A DNA stretch of 64,000 nucleotides from Bugula neritina (lineage: Eukaryota > Animalia > Bryozoa). Below are positions 59,601 through 64,000 of this stretch, piece after piece (within the stretch, counting starts at the first letter, position 1; each line of letters starts with the position of its first letter). The position numbers and the translations under genes were made by a program. Location: NCBI GenBank assembly GCA_964035545.1, contig OZ037772.1, positions 7,920,889 to 7,984,888 on the forward strand. The letters run 5' to 3'. Under the pieces are notes generated by a model that was not told the origin of the DNA, ran no database searches, and was given only the letters and a program-made list of their open reading frames with translations.

Positions 59601-62600
59601 TTAGATGGCGCTTTTTAAGAAAAGTATCATTTAAAGACCAGTTATTTTTGGTATTTGATGACTAATATGATATAAGATGTTTCAGTTGCAACTTTGACTT
59701 TTGAACTTTGACCTTCGGTGTAATTAAATCCTTGCATTTCATTGTAATTTTAATTCTTAATTTATCTTTAAACGTTTAAACAAGCACAAGATGAAATTTC
59801 GGTTTCACATGTTTTTCTAAAATTTGATGTAAAAATTAGGTAAAAATCAATAAATATCTACAGCATAAAAAAGTGTATGCTCTGTGTATTTCATTATGTT
59901 ATAAATAGTTAGAATTGCTAATTAAAATTTGTATATAAGTCTTTCTGTTAAAGTTGCATATTTTTTGTCAGGAAACTGGATTGAAACCTCAGAACCATAT
60001 CACAAACTAATTAAAGCCTTGAACAGACGAATCATTGTGCATCAAGATGAGGATGTGCTACAGGAAGTCATTGGACAGTTTGTACTTCCTGACAAGAATA
60101 TTATCACCTACGATCAAATCATGACGGTACGTTGCACTAAATCATATAGTTTGTTTAGTTCTTCATTTAATGTTAATACTGTCAAATAGAGCAATGAAAT
60201 GGGTAACTTTTTTTGAAAAATAAAAAAGGTTTATTTTGTGGCAAATTAGGACGCAGCCGAGGTCTAGGAGTTAGAAAGTTTGTCTAGTAAACAAGAAGTC
60301 ATGGGTTTGAGCCCGAAAAAGGCTATTGCTGATGTTAGGAAGAGCATCCAGTCAAAATTGCTCCTGTGCCCTATTTTAACAAATCCGTAGCCGGCTTTAA
60401 CAAAAACCCTTTCTGTCAGAGATTTCTCACAGGGATATTGACTTTAAATTTGCATGAACTTTTCTATTTTGTGGCAAATTGAAACTGATTTTAGTGTTTA
60501 CCCATAATAGACACCAAATTGAACTTCACGACTGTGTGTCTGCCTGTAGCAAAGTCTGACGTATAACAATGTCAACTGCTGCCGGAAGCTCAATTTTTAA
60601 ATTACATTTTCTACATCTATAGAAGCTTAGTGCATTATATTGATATGTTTTATTCTAGGGAGTCATTTAAGAGTTTTTCAAAATGTATTTAAACTCTTCA
60701 CTTCAAAATTGCACTTCATCTGTGATTTTTGCTTTTTTTATCTTAAAACAATATTTTGTAGTTTTATATCCTACTCGCCATTGTAAGCTCTAAGAAGTAC
60801 GTTTCGGTAGTTTTCTGCAAAAATGCAAGCTTGTTGAAACAATAATGAACGGAATACTTTGTTTGAAAATATAGCAAAATAGTCATTGTCTTTAGTGTCA
60901 AGTCCTTAGACTTGTAGTTCTATATATAGTAACTTGTTATTTTTCAAGCAATATGATTGGTTGTAGATGTTGTTACTAGTTCGAGAGATTGAGTTTGTTG
61001 ATGAGACAGAGGAGACACTTTTGGAGATGAGTTATTCTGTCTGGTTTTACATTGAGTCATGCTCTAAGCAGCTGCAAAACATCGTAGCTAGAGGATGGGT
61101 AAGGTGTAAATAGAACACAACTTTTTTATCAGTCATTGGTCTAAAGTGATATCAAATTGCCTTATTTATACACATGCTAGAAAATATATAGCCTGCATTA
61201 ACTATTGGAACTTTATTGTGTAATGATTCATAACAATTTGCAATAGAAAAAATTTAACAATACTGATGTAAAGTAATTTTTCCCTCACTGGGAATCGAAC
61301 CCGAGACCTCTGGCTTGCAAGCAAGTGTGCTCAGCATTGCGCCATTGAGACATTGGGTAAACTTATCACTATAAGCTATACCCAGTTCTCTGGCCAAAAT
61401 AGCTTGTAAAATAATTTTGCTCCCACAGGGAATCGAACCCGTGACCTCTGGCTTGCAGGCAAGTGTGCTAACCATTGCACCACAAGACACTATGTAAACA
61501 CATTACTTCAGCTGACGCTGGGGACTTTATCACCAGCATATTCTCTTTAAGTGGCTCTTGCTCTGAAAAAGTTGGACAACTCTAACCTAAAGTCATAATA
61601 AATCTCTTGAATTGCTTGTGTACATTGCAGGAAGATTTGCCACATCTTGCCGATAAGCTTTATAAAAAAAGAGATAAGAAAACGCTTTCCATACTCGGTG
61701 ACCCAAGCTTTATTAATGGTCGAAAGTTCCCTAGGACTAAGCAAGAAGCTTTTCTGATATTCCAAAACCAGGAGAAGCCTTTTATTCTAGATCCTTCTCT
61801 TACAGGAGAGGATAAAGTATGCTTAGCAAATATAGATGCAAATAAAACCAATGACATTCCACTTGAACAACTGGTGGGCAGAGTCTTTTCAGACCTTGAT
61901 GAGAATAGTTTTACCATGCTGGTTGATGAAAAAAGAGTCAACATTACATCTGAGACATTTGGGCCATGGTCAGTACAATACCTGACACCTGACAGAGAAA
62001 TAGAGTTCAATCCGGAAGCTTCTACTGCCCCACCAGCAATGATGTCTTCACCTCATTCATCAGACACTCTATCTCTATCCAGTCAGTCTCCGCACTCAGA
62101 TTCCACAAACATCTACCTGGATGACACAGTTCCAATAGAAACTACGGAAGTCACAGTCAGAACCCAACCCCAAGACTCATTTGAATCACAGGCTAAAAGT
62201 CACCTAGGTGTAGCTACTCCAGACAAAGCTACTGGAACCAAAGTACGCACCCAACTTCAAGAATTGTTGGAGCCGCAAGCTACAAATAGCCTGAGAAAAA
62301 CAACTCTAGCTGAAACTATGGTAGTCAAGGCATACACCCAATTAAAAGAATTGCTTGAAGCACAGGCTACAAGTCTTAGTGCAAAAGTTTCACCTGATAA
62401 CTGTAAAGTGGAGACGGACACTGCTATGAAGACTATGCGTACTCTATTTTTATCTGCTAATAAAAGAAAATCAACCACGTCACTGTCAGAGTCTTCCCCT
62501 AAATTGAAAAGATCTCTCAGTTCCCAAGTAGGAAACAGGTACCTCCAAACTGTTGGCTCTAAGGTAAATGGCCAGTCAAAGAATGTGTCAGCCAGTGAAT

Positions 62601-62743
62601 CAGAAAATGTGTCACCCAGTGTGTCAGAGATTGTGTCACCCAGTGAGTTGAAAGATGTGTCAGTTGATGAATCAGACAATGTGTCACAAGAAACTCTGCC
62701 CCAAAGTTATGGCAGTGAGGAAATGCCAGAGACAAATTTCTGA
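53638..62743 (+). CDS. Gene L: uncharacterised ~738-aa intracellular protein, 10 coding exons
   Basis: Exons 53638-53726, 54812-54918, 56764-56933, 57575-57598, 58267-58422, 58494-58681, 59442-59524, 59972-60126, 60967-61098, 61631-62743. All GT/AG with compatible phases (2217 nt). No signal peptide. S/T/E-rich repetitive C-terminus. Confidence 0.75.
53993..54212 (-). mobile_element. tRNA-Thr-derived SINE
   Basis: Reverse-complement match to the family. Confidence 0.85.
54350..54550 (-). mobile_element. tRNA-Ala-like dispersed repeat
   Basis: Minus strand TGTGGTGCAATTGG..GCAAGCCGGAGGTCTGTGGTTTGAATCCC, plus upstream homology to 26941-27086. Confidence 0.7.
55215..56388. mobile_element. hAT-like MITE
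   Basis: Terminal inverted repeat CAGGGTTGGGGT...ACCCCAACCCTG. Perfect 8-bp target-site duplication GTTAGTCT. Subterminal GTAATT arrays at both ends. Confidence 0.9.
55484..56127. mobile_element. Nested MITE with long imperfect terminal inverted repeats
   Basis: TA|GGGTCATTCCA ... TGGAATGACCC|TA. Inverted similarity extends roughly 200 bp inward. Confidence 0.82.
56635..56715 (+). mobile_element. tRNA-Ala-like repeat unit (degenerate)
   Basis: TGGAGTAATGG..CTTGTAAGCCAAAGGTCTGTGGTTCGAATCC. Confidence 0.6.
58726..58928 (-). mobile_element. tRNA-Thr-derived SINE
   Basis: Reverse-complement match to the family. Confidence 0.85.
60249..60460 (+). mobile_element. tRNA-Thr-derived SINE
   Basis: TTGTCTAGTAAACAAG anticodon arm (AGT), then GATGTTAGGAAGAGCATCCAGTCA. 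Confidence 0.85.
61262..61500 (-). mobile_element. Two tandem tRNA-Ala-like units (~141-bp period)
   Basis: A box TGGTGCAATGG and B box GGTTCGATTCC in both units. The anticodon loop is one nt short and the acceptor stem is poor. Confidence 0.75.
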
Positions 62744-63425
62744 ACCTATTTCAGAGAGTTTTATAATAAGATTTAGTAATTTCATATTCAAATTTTGTAG
62801 TGAATGTTTTAGTTGTGCTAGTTAGCCTTACATAACTTTGCATGTATAATTTTATTGAAATAAATCTAAAGCGTATATTAAAAGCATAATTCACATTTAT
62901 GTCACAATATAAATCTTTTTTATAAATATCACACAGCGCATTTGGGTAACATTAATAGTAGCATGATTTAAATTGCACATCTTCACATACACAAAACCAT
63001 GTATGATGGCATTACAGCATTCAAAAAACAATTTATGTCTATTGGATAAGAAATAATTGTTCGTTCATCAAGCAAAAACACAGCAAATAATACACCAAAT
63101 ACACCAAATAAAAATTTATAACTTTGAATAGGATTATATGATATATGAATTTATTATCTCTCTGTCACTCCATACGACTATTGACTATGACTGTTTCATG
63201 GATTAGGCTTGGATTTGGTAGCTGGATTATGAAATTATTATAATACAACATAATTATATTGATATCCTCTAATAATACAGCTTAATAATTGCTCATTTTG
63301 AATAGTAATCTTGTACAAACAAGAGATTTCAAATATAGACACTTCAATGATATGAGAGGTGTTGGGTATGGAACAATAATTGTTTGTGCTAATATCTTCA
63401 TAGTTTGTAAGAGCCATCAACTAAT

Positions 63426-63664
63426 TTATTTCAATAATTCCAGCCCATGAATTTCTAGCTCATAGATGTTGAGAGGCTCTTCCACTTCTAGAGCTGTTAC
63501 TCTCACATATCTGCCATGCATTCTAGTCTGACATGTAACCAGAAATATATCTGCTGGTGGTTTTCCAGGAAGATAATCACAGATCTCTTCTTCTGATGGA
63601 TCATCAAAGTTAGTATCCATGTCACCAACTGTTACTCTCACATTAGCCAGTCTGTCTGCAATGT
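63426..63664 (-). CDS. Last exon of an F-type lectin (fucolectin / FTP domain) gene; the rest lies upstream, mostly beyond the window
   Basis: ttgcag acceptor, then IADRLANVRVTVG...C...TC..MHGRYVRV...LNIYELEIHG, the typical C-terminal half of an F-type lectin domain. Confidence 0.8.
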
Positions 63665-64000
63665 CTGCAAATATGCATAAGTTTAGTTGACCTTCAAAAA
63701 TTTATATGTTTCCGTTTTACTGTGTATTAGTACAGTTTTTATTTCATGCCTTTTAAAGGTGGTTAATTTTAAGATTTAAATTTAGCTCCTAAATGAATTT
63801 GAAGAGAAAACAAAATCAAGATTTAGTTTACTATAGTTTACAATTGTTTCTTTGTTGCTTTATCTTTTTCATTACCTATAACCTAATTTCTAAAAACAGG
63901 CATGAGTTTAGTTAACCTTACACACTTTTATATTCTCTACTTTACTGTATAGCGCATTTTTTAATCTTTGTTTTTTAAATGTAGTTGTAAGATTTATTTG

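Noticed and set aside
61282-61490. Functional tRNA-Ala genes
   Set aside because: The anticodon loop has 6 nt, the stems are mismatched, and the units belong to a dispersed repeat.

Overview
AT-rich, intron-containing animal DNA (probably a marine invertebrate, which is an inference). Bases 1-52.3 kb hold a tandem cluster of 11 divergent paralogues (here A-K) encoding cell-surface proteins built on an NHL-repeat-type beta-propeller. I reconstructed the splice structures by hand from GT/AG sites and reading-frame phase. All 11 share one plan: a short ATG/signal-peptide exon, a phase-0 intron, a 53-65 nt exon (59 nt in 8 of 11), a phase-2 intron, one ~0.9-1.0 kb exon carrying the whole propeller, and a phase-1 intron. 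Variable exons follow, giving a Ser/Thr stalk plus either a transmembrane helix with (in most cases) a Lys/Arg/Ser-rich tail or a GPI-signal-like end (D, E). A-G and K are on the minus strand and H-J on the plus strand. A recent ~4.8 kb tandem duplication with its breakpoint in intron 3 created a chimeric gene B (ectodomain of A, membrane anchor and tail of C). To the right lie a 10-exon, ~738-aa gene of unknown function and the last exon of an F-type lectin gene. Introns carry a tRNA-Thr-derived SINE, a tRNA-Ala-like repeat, piggyBac-like and hAT-like MITEs (one nested), a 271-bp x4 array, a long foldback and many microsatellites. No database searches were run; family names come from motif recognition.
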